Below are positions 25,371-36,143 of a stretch of 64,000 nucleotides of DNA, one piece after another (position 1 is the first letter of the stretch; every line of letters starts with the position of its first letter). This DNA comes from a virus. The notes under the pieces were generated by a model. The model had not been told where the DNA came from. It saw only the letters and a list, made by a program, of their open reading frames with translations, and searched no databases. Made by a program: the position numbers and the translations under genes. The DNA is taken from positions 75,528 through 139,527 of IMG/VR virus record IMGVR_UViG_3300009503_000018; one strand, given 5' to 3'.

Positions 25371-28300
25371 TTATGAAGATAAATTCACTTTATACCCTGC
25401 CGATATCATACTCAAAGTCGTCGTCGATGATGGCACCGTAATTTGAACACACAAAGTATCTCCCGCATGAATTGGTAATGACCCAGTAGCACTTCCGATC
25501 CTACTTCCGCTTGTCATCGTCACAACAATTTCATTTCGCGCTACTCCATTCACACAGAACTTCGCCGTTAAAGAAGCCGCAGTTAAATTTCCCTGCAATA
25601 CTATGAATAACGATGTTAACGTAAGATCAATAGGGATAATGGCAGTTGCAATACCAGGAGTCGAACTCAAACCACCCAAGCTTTCTTGCGCGATTGCCCA
25701 ATACGAAGTACCAGCTAGAGAAAATCCTCCACTGGTATTAGGAGTAAACAATGCGGCACTGCCCAACGTAGATACTGCGGTTGTCAATGTCCCTCCCAAA
25801 GAGATTGTTCCCGTCAAAGCTTTTTGTTGCTGGGTCGGTTCTTCGAAGACTTGGAGACCACATCCCCCGAAGGGAAGTTTTCCAAAGGGCTCAAATCCGA
25901 ACCCACAATTGGATACAAACGGGCTGTCGACAATTCCGGCAACGGAGCGGACCCGATAATCATCGACATCAAAGTCTCCATATGCCGTAACACGGAATTG
26001 GACCAAATCACCCAATAGGAATTTATCACCAATATTAAACGGCACAAACGGTCCAAAATTCATATTAGCGTCTGTCGTTGCAAATTCCCATTGCTCATTA
26101 ACGGGAGACACAAACTCGACCCGTAACGATTTGTATGTCAATGTATACGTTGCACTATCGTCAAATGCACCAAGGAATACCTCGACGGTTGTTTCATCAA
26201 CAAACTGCCAAAATTCATCGCCGACCTCTTGGGTTTGACCAGCTACGGTCTTTTCAAGAGTAGCCAATGCTTGATCCATAATCGCTGGGACAGTCAGCTT
26301 TGCGATACGGTTTTCATCCAGCGTCAAAACTTTTTGTACATCTTCCTTGATTTCTTCGACATTGCGGACTTTATAACTATATGGCAACAATACATACGCC
26401 GTTTCTGGCTCAGGAACGGAAATCGGCGGCGTAGTATACTGATATTTGAGGAAATACTCAAACTCATATGTCGCTGTTGGATCAACTTCTGCGGGATTTA
26501 ACACAATCGTATTTTCATTCTGGAATTGCCATCCGGATGCGCTTTGAGGAATCGGCATGCCGTTCTTGACAAGGAGGCTGTCTTGATCTGTTTTTGCAGT
26601 AAAATCCAGAGGCGCTGAGAATCCAACACCGCTAAATACGACGACTTGAGCATACCGTCCCCGTTCTATAGGCTTCAGATACGAGAAGCGGTCTGGAACA
26701 CGGGGGACGACAACGAAATTTGTCGAGATTCCACTACTATTCGCGAAATCTCCGCTTGTCCCAAAAAAGAAGAATCGAGCAGAACGATCGGGTTCAATTT
26801 TTTGTCCAACGGGTTTAATCGTCTGTGGATAACTACTATCCCGATCTACTCCGCCCGGGAAAAATGAATAATCAATAACCAAATCACTTGGAGATGGATC
26901 AGGGATAGTACTCGTCCCCGTTCGGGCTAATTGTCCCGTATCGTATCGAATAATATAATCGACATTCCGTGTAAATGGTTGCGGATCAACTCCGCCGGTT
27001 AACTGGCTGGTAATCGGTGATAACGTGACGACGGAAGAATTCGCCGTAAAGATCAACTTGTTACCAGCAACGCCGGGAGTGATCGCTCGGACTGTGACAA
27101 TCCCCAGCTCCGTGTTAATTTCCGCTTCATGGGTCAATGAATTGGATAAGACTTGATCAACAAAATTCTGGAAAGTGTCGTCGGCGGTCAATCCAATTAC
27201 GACTTGAATATTATTTGCCCCGATTACAAAATTGTTGTCAAACTCGTATACATCATCCCCAAGTCGGATAATATCTCCATCAGCAGGATTTCCGGTATAC
27301 GTAATAGTCCCAAACGCTTGGATGCCACGCCGAGAGACCGATTCTGAATTTTCAAAAATATTCTTGTTTTGTAAATCTGTAAATTGCGTACCAATAAGAA
27401 CCACCGGTTCGTCATTAACTTCCTCGACAATTCCTACAAGTCCCGCCTCAATAACCGTAAATGAATCGGGATTTGCAATGGTCAACCGGTGCAATCCATA
27501 TTCTCGCTGTTTATTACGCGGAATGGTATGACTGGATAGATGCAGCGATTTATCCGTTTCGTTAATTAAATAGGGTTCACTGGCCACGACGTGAATACCA
27601 CTCGTTACTCCAGAGAACGTCATGCGTGCCTCAATCTCTTGAAACTTCTGACCCGGATCGGAGGCAATAACTTCTACGACTGCGGGACTTTCTGTAATCT
27701 GGAGCGGAGTCCCCGTATTAAGAATTCCCGAATCAAATCGTAAAGACGCATACCCCAAAATTCCGCTAACCATGAGTCCACTGACCGCAATACCTGAAGG
27801 ATGAAAAGCGCGAGTCCAAAACCGTAAATGCCAATCCGTGCCAAAAAACTTGTTCGCTTGAGGAACCGCCCGGGCAATTAACGAAACGACCCCGCTTCCG
27901 CCCGCAGCGACTTCCCATGCTGGACGCCGAGTACTAATGTCATTACAAACGCCCTCACCATCAGCAAATCCTAAAATGGGATTCGCACTTCCAAAACCAA
28001 TAACCAGACAACTATTGACTCCAGAGTACAATGTCTTGAGACCCAATCGACCATGAGGAAACACATCAGGTACTACTTCACAAAATGCAGTAATACCGCT
28101 TAAGCGGGCATTCAAATACGCGGCAACTTCATCACACGTCGGATTGTCCGGATCAACAAATCCGCCAGCGATAGCTCCATCTAAATGCCCAGAAGCTAAT
28201 ACTTTTACTTCCGGAACAACAGTGACTTGATTTGGGTCTGCTCCAGTTCCAACACGGCCGATTACGGAATACCCCGTCCCCGGAGTAAAAACATCACTTG

Positions 28301-31300
28301 ACGGTCCAAGAATACTAAAGACCGCCAAGACCAACTCTCCGCTCGTAGACAGTGTAGAGGTCGGCCCAACAGTCAGACTCGTCCCTACGCCCGTATTTGT
28401 TGCCGTCTGATCGGCCATACAAACTGAAGCATTAAGGACACTAATCGCTACTCCATTAAATTGTTGCCCATTATTGACGGAAACGATAATCGTGTCCGTC
28501 CCAGCCGTTAAATTACTTCCGAGAACACGTGAAAAGACATATACCCGACCGTTGCCTCCTGAAGTCACTGACGCATCGAGATTGTACGTCCCTCCTTGAG
28601 TATCAACGCAGGTCGGGGGTGTCGGATCTTGAGTCGTCGAGGCAGTACCAACACAGACGATAACTTTATTCCCAGTAAAAACTGTTGATGTAATCCCAAC
28701 CGTCGCTGTCTGAATTCCCGAAATTGTTTGGAATGTTCCAGCAACTGCAACTGTCGGCGGTGTAGCCGCCGTTTCGTATGTCACTAATGCGGCCGCATAA
28801 TTTCGACTGATATTATTGGTTCCTGTCGCTGTCTGCGCTGAGGTGTCTCCATTGTTCGGAAGAATCGTCAATACAGAAGATTCTTTTCGAAAAGGTGTCG
28901 TATTTCCTGCGACGCCTGGAGTATTCGCCGTGACGGTAATCGTGTTAGACGTGACATCTAAAGTCGTTGTTGCCTCGCCGACGGCATTCACCAATGCCGT
29001 TAGCCCCGAATACGTAAACCCAACACCAGAAGGATTTATGGGAACAAGCATCGTCCCACCACAAATCCCTGAAGCATTACTATCAAATTCATATCCGACT
29101 GAACCAATAACCAACACGTCCCCATCAGCAGGTTGACCACTATACGTAATCAATCCACCAGCGTTCAGTGCAGTTCCGCCGGACAAAAATCCGGGATTCC
29201 CCGTAATCAACGTAAAAGCAGGAGGAGAAGCTGCATTTCCTAAAAAGATAATCTGGTTTCCAGAAAGACCTTCCTGTGCTTGAATAAGGATTTGGTTGGT
29301 GTCCGTATTAATCGTTGCACTCACCAATGAGGATTCAATGTTGATTTCTTGAGTTAATTGAATATAGGGCTGATCAATCGTGTCTTGCGGAGGCGGATTA
29401 TTCGGATCCAGATCTTGAATATGAATCGGGATTGCACCTGGCTGAACAGCCGGCAAACTCCCACCAAACAAAAATCCCCCAGAAGGATTTAGCGTAATCG
29501 CAGTCGAATTTGCTTGGAATGATATGGTATCGCCTATTGGACCAATAATTTTTGCTCTAAACGTAATTGTTTTAGCAGTTGTATCGAGTACCGCAGTAAC
29601 CATCGAGCCCAAAAATGCAACGACGTTTGACTGTAAGATCGAGAAAGTCTCATCGTCTGTAGCACCGATAACAGACTGAATATGTCCAGGAGCGACCACA
29701 CAATCCGAATCAAATTCAAAAACAACTCCACCGAGAGTAAAAGTGTCCCCATCGGCAGGTTGTCCGCTGTACGTTAGTACGCCGGAAGAACGAGAACCGA
29801 TGTCAAATTCAAAAACTTGATTACCAATATGGACAAAGTCGCCATCTTGAGGATATCCGGTATAAGAGATAATTCCAGAAGCGCTCTGCGTTTCGTTCTT
29901 AAAAACGACTTTTTGCATGCGACTATCATTGGCGACGTGGAATTCAAGAAGCGTTTTATTGGTGCATTCCCACACCAAATCATCTATGGTAGCTAAAGCG
30001 CCTGGACCGGCCGGATCAGGAGAAACCGTGATCAATAATTGTGCGAATTTTGTAGTCGGCGGAGGTGTTGCTTCTAAACTAAAAGACGAATAATCTTGCG
30101 ATGGAGCAGGCAACAGAATACCAGTATCGTCTGATCCCAACAAAGTTTGATTTTGGTCAAAATATTGAAATGTATACTTAAATTGCGCCGAAACAGCCGG
30201 AGAAATAGCGGCGCCCACTGTCGTCGGCGCCTCAGACAACGAATGAAAAATCGTATACGCCGCACCATTCAACGGTCTTCGATAAACAAAATACCGACTA
30301 TTATTGACTGGTGTAGGAGATCCACCCCAATCCCCAACACCGATTACGGTGTGATCTATAAACAAAATATCACGAACAATCTGCCGATGAACCCCATTAA
30401 TAATCGTGTCAACTCGGATTTTATCTCGTACATAGAACAGCCCAGGATTGAAAGAAGGGGCGGTTTGAACACCGGCGGCGATAAAATCTTGTGTTGGATC
30501 TATCAGCCCTTTTGACGTGTACGTTACTGGAACAAGAGATGCACCACCAGAAACATAAACATCCTTCGGAGTTCCATTCGGTCCTTTCCGCCAAAGATCA
30601 ATAGCTAGTACGCTGACGAAGACGCCTTTAATTACGCCGTCAAATAAATGAACCCCATCGTCAATATGCACCACCATTCCGACTTTAACACCCAGATCAA
30701 CGAAATTAACACTCAAATCTGTGAGGGTTACTGTGACTTGATCTGGGGTCGAAATTATCGGATCCTCTCCTACTTGTTTATCAACATAACCAAAAACGGC
30801 GTTCGATGTCTGCCAAGTAAAAAGTGTTGGAGGATTTGGCGGACTAATATAAACCGGTCCTTCATTCGTCGCCTGATGAAACCCGGTCAATTGTAATACA
30901 CATCCGCTGCTTGGTATTGATTTCTTTTCTGTTTTTATAGTATTGACTACGTCAACAAGGGTCGTGCCGACCAAGGTTCGTCTCGTGCGGACAGCCAACG
31001 AGGTATGTCCACTGTGAGATTTACTCGTCGTAATAAAGAAATCGGGTCCGTCGGTCGTGTCCCATTCCGTAAACCCATTATTAAAACTTCCATTCCCTAA
31101 CAGCTTCGTCCCTATCAAGCCAGGATACGGAGAGTCTTTTGTGGCTTTTACAACAGCGCTGCCTGTTCCAAAAATAGCCGCATCAATGCTCTTCGGTAGC
31201 GACAGAGACCCTGTTGGAGCCTCAATACGCCAATCAAACGGTTGTGATCCCTGTAATCCAGGAGGTGGCGGAGCGTTTTGTCGAGTAAAATTATCCAATC

Positions 31301-31958
31301 CAAACAACGTATCCGCAGTCGATGCGATTTCGATACGAACCGATCCACCAGCATCTGATCGTAACGTTTCAATACAAAACCGCTTTCCAAATAAACTCGC
31401 CACAGCACCAATTAATTGCGAGTTAATAGCGTCAATGACTTCCTGTTCAGTAACCGCATCACCACTTGGTAATGTAATCGTTTGCGGCGTACCACCATCG
31501 ACCGTGACAATTAAGGTATTCGTATCTTGAGTAATAGTATACGGTCCATCGACAGTAGCACAAACAAAACCGTCTCCGTGCTTAAAAAAGCGATTCGGAA
31601 GATACTGAAAGCCCAACAACCACCGAGAGAGTGATCTTACATCTCGAATAACGGGAGGGATCATGGTCGTCGCGGCGACGACTTGCGAAATACCCTCGCC
31701 AGTTCCCCCGAGCATCAAAAATGCTTGAATCGTTTCTTGCAAATGTTCGCGGAAAACTTCCAACTGCCAAGCCGGATCAATTTTTCCCCCAGTCAGCACC
31801 GCATACCGATCACTCAGATCGCTGATCGCGGCTGTGCTCAAATATATCGCAGCTAATGCGGCCTGGCGTTGATCTTCGATTTGTTCAAAGATTTCGCCGA
31901 TCGCTTCTTCCCAAACTGCGATATTGGAGCCAAAAAAGAAATCTGTAAAATCCGCCAT
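25371..31958 (-). CDS. 2195-aa modular baseplate wedge or adhesin protein
   Basis: N-terminus resembles P2 gpI-like wedge proteins; four G-x-I/L-T/S-Y-x-G-x-P-x-D-G-D...F/YEFD repeats; CBM-like LLGNGSFNNGFTEW segment; downstream of baseplate J. Confidence 0.65.
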   Translation of the reverse strand: MADFTDFFFGSNIAVWEEAIGEIFEQIEDQRQAALAAIYLSTAAISDLSDRYAVLTGGKIDPAWQLEVFREHLQETIQAFLMLGGTGEGISQVVAATTMIPPVIRDVRSLSRWLLGFQYLPNRFFKHGDGFVCATVDGPYTITQDTNTLIVTVDGGTPQTITLPSGDAVTEQEVIDAINSQLIGAVASLFGKRFCIETLRSDAGGSVRIEIASTADTLFGLDNFTRQNAPPPPGLQGSQPFDWRIEAPTGSLSLPKSIDAAIFGTGSAVVKATKDSPYPGLIGTKLLGNGSFNNGFTEWDTTDGPDFFITTSKSHSGHTSLAVRTRRTLVGTTLVDVVNTIKTEKKSIPSSGCVLQLTGFHQATNEGPVYISPPNPPTLFTWQTSNAVFGYVDKQVGEDPIISTPDQVTVTLTDLSVNFVDLGVKVGMVVHIDDGVHLFDGVIKGVFVSVLAIDLWRKGPNGTPKDVYVSGGASLVPVTYTSKGLIDPTQDFIAAGVQTAPSFNPGLFYVRDKIRVDTIINGVHRQIVRDILFIDHTVIGVGDWGGSPTPVNNSRYFVYRRPLNGAAYTIFHSLSEAPTTVGAAISPAVSAQFKYTFQYFDQNQTLLGSDDTGILLPAPSQDYSSFSLEATPPPTTKFAQLLITVSPDPAGPGALATIDDLVWECTNKTLLEFHVANDSRMQKVVFKNETQSASGIISYTGYPQDGDFVHIGNQVFEFDIGSRSSGVLTYSGQPADGDTFTLGGVVFEFDSDCVVAPGHIQSVIGATDDETFSILQSNVVAFLGSMVTAVLDTTAKTITFRAKIIGPIGDTISFQANSTAITLNPSGGFLFGGSLPAVQPGAIPIHIQDLDPNNPPPQDTIDQPYIQLTQEINIESSLVSATINTDTNQILIQAQEGLSGNQIIFLGNAASPPAFTLITGNPGFLSGGTALNAGGLITYSGQPADGDVLVIGSVGYEFDSNASGICGGTMLVPINPSGVGFTYSGLTALVNAVGEATTTLDVTSNTITVTANTPGVAGNTTPFRKESSVLTILPNNGDTSAQTATGTNNISRNYAAALVTYETAATPPTVAVAGTFQTISGIQTATVGITSTVFTGNKVIVCVGTASTTQDPTPPTCVDTQGGTYNLDASVTSGGNGRVYVFSRVLGSNLTAGTDTIIVSVNNGQQFNGVAISVLNASVCMADQTATNTGVGTSLTVGPTSTLSTSGELVLAVFSILGPSSDVFTPGTGYSVIGRVGTGADPNQVTVVPEVKVLASGHLDGAIAGGFVDPDNPTCDEVAAYLNARLSGITAFCEVVPDVFPHGRLGLKTLYSGVNSCLVIGFGSANPILGFADGEGVCNDISTRRPAWEVAAGGSGVVSLIARAVPQANKFFGTDWHLRFWTRAFHPSGIAVSGLMVSGILGYASLRFDSGILNTGTPLQITESPAVVEVIASDPGQKFQEIEARMTFSGVTSGIHVVASEPYLINETDKSLHLSSHTIPRNKQREYGLHRLTIANPDSFTVIEAGLVGIVEEVNDEPVVLIGTQFTDLQNKNIFENSESVSRRGIQAFGTITYTGNPADGDIIRLGDDVYEFDNNFVIGANNIQVVIGLTADDTFQNFVDQVLSNSLTHEAEINTELGIVTVRAITPGVAGNKLIFTANSSVVTLSPITSQLTGGVDPQPFTRNVDYIIRYDTGQLARTGTSTIPDPSPSDLVIDYSFFPGGVDRDSSYPQTIKPVGQKIEPDRSARFFFFGTSGDFANSSGISTNFVVVPRVPDRFSYLKPIERGRYAQVVVFSGVGFSAPLDFTAKTDQDSLLVKNGMPIPQSASGWQFQNENTIVLNPAEVDPTATYEFEYFLKYQYTTPPISVPEPETAYVLLPYSYKVRNVEEIKEDVQKVLTLDENRIAKLTVPAIMDQALATLEKTVAGQTQEVGDEFWQFVDETTVEVFLGAFDDSATYTLTYKSLRVEFVSPVNEQWEFATTDANMNFGPFVPFNIGDKFLLGDLVQFRVTAYGDFDVDDYRVRSVAGIVDSPFVSNCGFGFEPFGKLPFGGCGLQVFEEPTQQQKALTGTISLGGTLTTAVSTLGSAALFTPNTSGGFSLAGTSYWAIAQESLGGLSSTPGIATAIIPIDLTLTSLFIVLQGNLTAASLTAKFCVNGVARNEIVVTMTSGSRIGSATGSLPIHAGDTLCVQITVPSSTTTLSMISAGYKVNLSS

Positions 31959-31982
31959 GTCTATTTTGTGCTTAATTCAATT

Positions 31983-32495
31983 TTATGACCCAATAATTTG
32001 TAGATCGTAAGTAAATTGGATTTGTGTGCCCTGGGAGACAAGAATAGGAGCGAATTTGCTCCGATCAAATAATACTCCGCCCGTCGCAGCGGAAAATAAT
32101 CCGTGCTCGGTAATTGCGAATGTCCCATTGTATGTGTGCGCTGCAACAGACCGGTAATTTCCGGGTCCGGTACTGGTTTGAGTCCCAACTTCCCGAGTTT
32201 CTACTTCGGATCCAAGAGAGATATCCGTTCCGGCTTCTGCCGCCGTACCGGTTCCGCTAGCATGATATTTGAAATTTTGCAATGTCGTCGCAGACCCGCC
32301 TTGCAATACTGCAACAATTTGCGCAATTGCCCCTTGAGTTACAACGGCCTTTGATACAACCCCAAGATCTGTCCACTCATTCTCTCCAGGATAACGAACA
32401 CGAATTGACAATTGTCCCACAACTTTAAGCGGAATTTCCTGAATTCTGTTGCGGCGGCGGTAGTCAAGAATTCGTTTTTTTATAAATTTTTCCAT
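31983..32495 (-). CDS. Virion structural protein (tail or baseplate associated)
   Basis: FKYHASGTGTAAEAGTD..L..E, ITEHGLF.AATGG.LFDR is a common phage tail module pattern. Confidence 0.6.
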   Translation of the reverse strand: MEKFIKKRILDYRRRNRIQEIPLKVVGQLSIRVRYPGENEWTDLGVVSKAVVTQGAIAQIVAVLQGGSATTLQNFKYHASGTGTAAEAGTDISLGSEVETREVGTQTSTGPGNYRSVAAHTYNGTFAITEHGLFSAATGGVLFDRSKFAPILVSQGTQIQFTYDLQIIGS

Positions 32496-33097
32496 TAGAA
32501 AGTTTCCTCTGTCTGAATTTCAATATTATTATCCCCCGAACGCGATACGACAGGAAATTCAATAGTATCACCGGGGTTCAATCGGGGAAAAGAAGAAGTA
32601 TTCAATGCGTCGATTCCGTTTTGGAGGAGACGAACGATTACGGGAAATCCTTCAATATTTTTGAAAAGATAAGTATATGGTGTATTTGAGGTTGGAACTA
32701 CCCACTTACCGCCCCCCACATAAAAATTATGGTCCACAATTGCCCCATCCAGCTTTTTAAAAAAATGTTTGTTGTCACGAAAAATCTCTGCCGGATTATT
32801 ACGAGTTACAGTATATACTAATGTTTGTGTTTTTGTTTGATTAAAATCTTGATTTAGACGATTGTCAATAGCTTTAAATTTCAAAACTGTTGTTGTGGAA
32901 ATTTTTATCGTAACAGGAGCATCCTGTTTGAATGTCCCCAATGCTCCATCTTGTGGAATACTTCCATCGAGCGTATATAAAATAAACGCGGGGACATTCG
33001 TATCAAGTACGACCTCATCGCCCGCTTCAAACGACGGCGATGGAAGTGGAGATGCCACAACTTTTACTGGAACAAATAGACTTTGAACTTTCATCAT
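32495..33097 (-). CDS. Virion protein with chitobiase/Fn3-associated domain
   Basis: ILYTLDGSIP...TTVLKFKAID. Confidence 0.6.
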   Translation of the reverse strand: MMKVQSLFVPVKVVASPLPSPSFEAGDEVVLDTNVPAFILYTLDGSIPQDGALGTFKQDAPVTIKISTTTVLKFKAIDNRLNQDFNQTKTQTLVYTVTRNNPAEIFRDNKHFFKKLDGAIVDHNFYVGGGKWVVPTSNTPYTYLFKNIEGFPVIVRLLQNGIDALNTSSFPRLNPGDTIEFPVVSRSGDNNIEIQTEETF

Positions 33098-34524
33098 GTC
33101 GACAAGTGAAGTGTAATATTGGTGTCACTAACGTGTGCAAATTCATTTTTCGCGATTACGATAATGTCTGAACCTTGTTCCGTTGCCCGCGACAAACGAT
33201 CGAAAGGAAGAATAACGAAATCCACGCCCGGAACACTGCGGATAACAAGATCGAGATCGGACGGAATAATATTTTCTCCAAGACCACGTGTATTAACAAA
33301 TGACGTAATAGCTGATAGAATTTTATCCGAAATGGTATCAATTGAAGCGTCGGGCAATATTTTAATTGTAGCCTCAATAGAGATTTCAACTTGCGTTGCT
33401 CGACGGAACAACACATCGGCCAAGACCGTGTTCTCTAAAGTATCCATACTTGTTTGAAGATCAGAAATGACTTTATCCGCCACATATTCGATTGTAATTT
33501 GTTCTCCAATTGCCGGAAGGCCGGATGCCGAACGGTTCCATCGAATCAAATCTCTCGCTCTCGCCGATCCCCCTAAGACCGTGTCGGGAACGACGAAGAA
33601 ATGCACATTTTCCGTGAGCGGACCAACCACGGTCCCAGTAATACTCGCTACGGGACCAGGAAAAATAATCGGTTCAACATCAAAAGAAATATCTAACCCA
33701 TCGAATACTTCACTTTGTTGAATTACGGCAGGTTCTTCACCCAAAATATACACATCGACCGCGCCAGAGAGATTTTCAGCCCTTTTCATCAGTGGATCGC
33801 CAGCCATCACTACAAGAGCATCGACCACCCGATCATCATTGAGCGCAAACCGTCGTACACCATTCGCTGTTCCACGTTCTGTGCCCAATAAGGCGAGACG
33901 AATTCGCCTCGCATACTCCAAATTCGTTTCGGCATCTTTTCCCCCTACGGTAGCCGACTTATTAACAACTGAGGAAATACCCGGGATTTGGCGCTGTATT
34001 TGCGTAATCGTCCCTGCGGCCACACGACCGGCATCCCCAGGAGTAATCGCCCGAATTGGTGCTTCAATTTCAAATACGCCGGCTGTCGGATTAAAAAAGG
34101 CATTCGCCGATGCGGCGAACAACGTCACTGTCCGTGTCGTAACAAATGTTTGCACAGACTTAATCCCAACAACAGATGATGTAGAAACAGGAATTCCTTG
34201 AGGGATAACGATGTCCGATGTTGGTTGACTCGACGTGAAGAAGAATACCGAACCTGTCGCTCGCACGGGACCTTTCCGCTTAATCCCTAGTGATTCACCC
34301 AAAAGGTCTAATTCTTCAGTCGTCATAAGTTCAGCGTTTTTCAAAAACTGAATATCAAAAACACGCTGAATTTGAGTGTAAATATCCCGAGCCACAAGCG
34401 ACACGGGATCAATAACGATATCTTTTACCGGACCAAACCCTGTTTCAATGGAGCGATCACGATTCTTAATCGCATTCGCTAAATCCTGAATAAGGTCCGC
34501 TCTACTTTTAACCGTAATCGCCAT
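33094..34524 (-). CDS. Baseplate J-like wedge protein
   Basis: ELDLLGESLGIKRKGPVRATGSVFF, AITPGDAGRVAAGTI, GGKDAETNLEYARRI. Confidence 0.85.
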   Translation of the reverse strand: MAITVKSRADLIQDLANAIKNRDRSIETGFGPVKDIVIDPVSLVARDIYTQIQRVFDIQFLKNAELMTTEELDLLGESLGIKRKGPVRATGSVFFFTSSQPTSDIVIPQGIPVSTSSVVGIKSVQTFVTTRTVTLFAASANAFFNPTAGVFEIEAPIRAITPGDAGRVAAGTITQIQRQIPGISSVVNKSATVGGKDAETNLEYARRIRLALLGTERGTANGVRRFALNDDRVVDALVVMAGDPLMKRAENLSGAVDVYILGEEPAVIQQSEVFDGLDISFDVEPIIFPGPVASITGTVVGPLTENVHFFVVPDTVLGGSARARDLIRWNRSASGLPAIGEQITIEYVADKVISDLQTSMDTLENTVLADVLFRRATQVEISIEATIKILPDASIDTISDKILSAITSFVNTRGLGENIIPSDLDLVIRSVPGVDFVILPFDRLSRATEQGSDIIVIAKNEFAHVSDTNITLHLST

Positions 34525-34532
34525 GTTTACTC

Positions 34533-35297
34533 CTATACTAGGATCGTACCCGAATCGGACACTTTTTGTCCGCTGACCGTCTCGACCATGAAGAAATAGC
34601 GGAATGATGTCGGATCAAGCGGAACGACCGTCACCGTAATAATTCTTCGAATTTGTTCATCCGACGGTACCCGCTCGTCTTGTTGCAAGTTCATAAGCGT
34701 AGTCAGTGCATCAAAAATTGATGCTTGTATTTCGTTGGCTGCAAAATCAACAGGAAGACTTTGCCCTAAGATACGATTCAACGCCGACCCAAATTTTGGG
34801 AGCGTGCGATCCCCAATAGGGGCATTTTGTGGCACATTCTCGACCAATATAGACTCACGAATATCTTGTTTTGTTTTGTCAATTCCGAACACAACATCAT
34901 ATTGACCTGGTGATGTCCGAACCAAATCTCCTATATCATTAATTGTCAATGTATAATTCCGAATCGAAGGACCAACAGTTGGGACCTCGTTTCTTGCTGT
35001 CAATTCTAACACGTCATAAAATTCAATGGCAATACTGGTGGTAAACGTCGTCGGAGGACTCAGATTTCGAGCAAAAAACTTTAGCGTGGTTGGTCCATTA
35101 ATTGGTAATTGTGTAATTGGAGATCGACGGATTTTGGTGGAGGGATTTGTATCCGACGGGACTGATCCATCTGTCGTATACAAAATTTCGAAAGGTGGAC
35201 CAACAACAGGGGAAACCCCATCATCAAATGCAGTAATATCAATCCGCAGAAATTCAATAAATTGGCCACCTCGTGGCGATGCTTTCACTTGCAACAT
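34533..35297 (-). CDS. gp25-like sheath-initiator wedge protein with N-terminal Fn3-associated domain
   Basis: ILYTTDGSVP N-domain; C-terminal GDLV...PKFGSAL..ILG...DEQIRRI gp25/gpW-like pattern. Confidence 0.65.
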   Translation of the reverse strand: MLQVKASPRGGQFIEFLRIDITAFDDGVSPVVGPPFEILYTTDGSVPSDTNPSTKIRRSPITQLPINGPTTLKFFARNLSPPTTFTTSIAIEFYDVLELTARNEVPTVGPSIRNYTLTINDIGDLVRTSPGQYDVVFGIDKTKQDIRESILVENVPQNAPIGDRTLPKFGSALNRILGQSLPVDFAANEIQASIFDALTTLMNLQQDERVPSDEQIRRIITVTVVPLDPTSFRYFFMVETVSGQKVSDSGTILV

Positions 35298-35299
35298 AA

Positions 35300-35839
35300 T
35301 TATTTGATAAAATCCGTTGTCTTTTTTACGGCGTTTCCTATAAAATCACTTAACTTATTGGCAGCACCGGGCTGATTGGACTTTTCTAATATTGTTAATT
35401 GTATAATGGTACACAAATCGCTTAAAGCGGATATAGCATCTTCGGCTTCGTTCTTTGCTGTTTGAATTAAACCATCTCGTGTCGAAATCTGTCTCGCTAT
35501 ATATGTAGCATCCGCAAGCGCAGTTGCCGTAATATTCCCAGCATCGACCGCCCCTTGAAAGACATCGGCGATAGGACCGCAGTTTGGGCTTAAAGACCGC
35601 GCAATACTCAATAGAGGACTTGACGCGATTTGATCATCTAAAAACGTACTTGCTGTTTTTACGATTTTTTCCATATTTGATAATTGGGCATTTAAAGATC
35701 CGGTAACAGCCAAAGCTTTACTCAGCTCTTTATCCAATATATCTATTTTTGAATTTATAAAATCGCAAACCGCTGATAATTCAGCGACCGCGAATTTTCC
35801 CAAAACTTCAAATAAACACTGGTCGAATTTAAATGCCAT
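35300..35839 (-). CDS. Baseplate-region helical protein
   Basis: Start MAFKFDQ just after the PAAR stop; lies between PAAR and the gp25-like gene. Confidence 0.65.
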   Translation of the reverse strand: MAFKFDQCLFEVLGKFAVAELSAVCDFINSKIDILDKELSKALAVTGSLNAQLSNMEKIVKTASTFLDDQIASSPLLSIARSLSPNCGPIADVFQGAVDAGNITATALADATYIARQISTRDGLIQTAKNEAEDAISALSDLCTIIQLTILEKSNQPGAANKLSDFIGNAVKKTTDFIK

Positions 35840-35841
35840 AA

Positions 35842-36135
35842 TTATGGACCTAAAATTACTGTTTGAGCGTTCCCAGATCCCGGAGAAATGACATCCCCAC
35901 AACTTGCCGGGTCCACATTCACACGAACCGCCTTTTTCCCTTCAACAATAATTGTTTGATTAGGATTCGCTTGTGCTGTCGGCGCAACATGTGGTCCGGT
36001 GTTTGGAGGATGAGACGGAAGAGGATCACCATCCAAGATCCAAGCCTGCCCGTATGATTTTGTTTTTACAGCAGACGCACTTGAAATCGGAACTCCTACA
36101 ATTGTATCCCCGTTAACTGCCACTGGCGCTCCCAT
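35842..36135 (-). CDS. PAAR-like spike tip protein
   Basis: VAVNGD, H.P...H, VEGKKAVRVNVDPASCG; follows the spike gene. Confidence 0.8.
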   Translation of the reverse strand: MGAPVAVNGDTIVGVPISSASAVKTKSYGQAWILDGDPLPSHPPNTGPHVAPTAQANPNQTIIVEGKKAVRVNVDPASCGDVISPGSGNAQTVILGP

Positions 36136-36143
36136 ATATCCTC

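Noticed and set aside
22399-31958. Diversity-generating retroelement acting on fibres
   Set aside because: No reverse transcriptase and no adenine-specific TR/VR repeat pair were noticed in the window.
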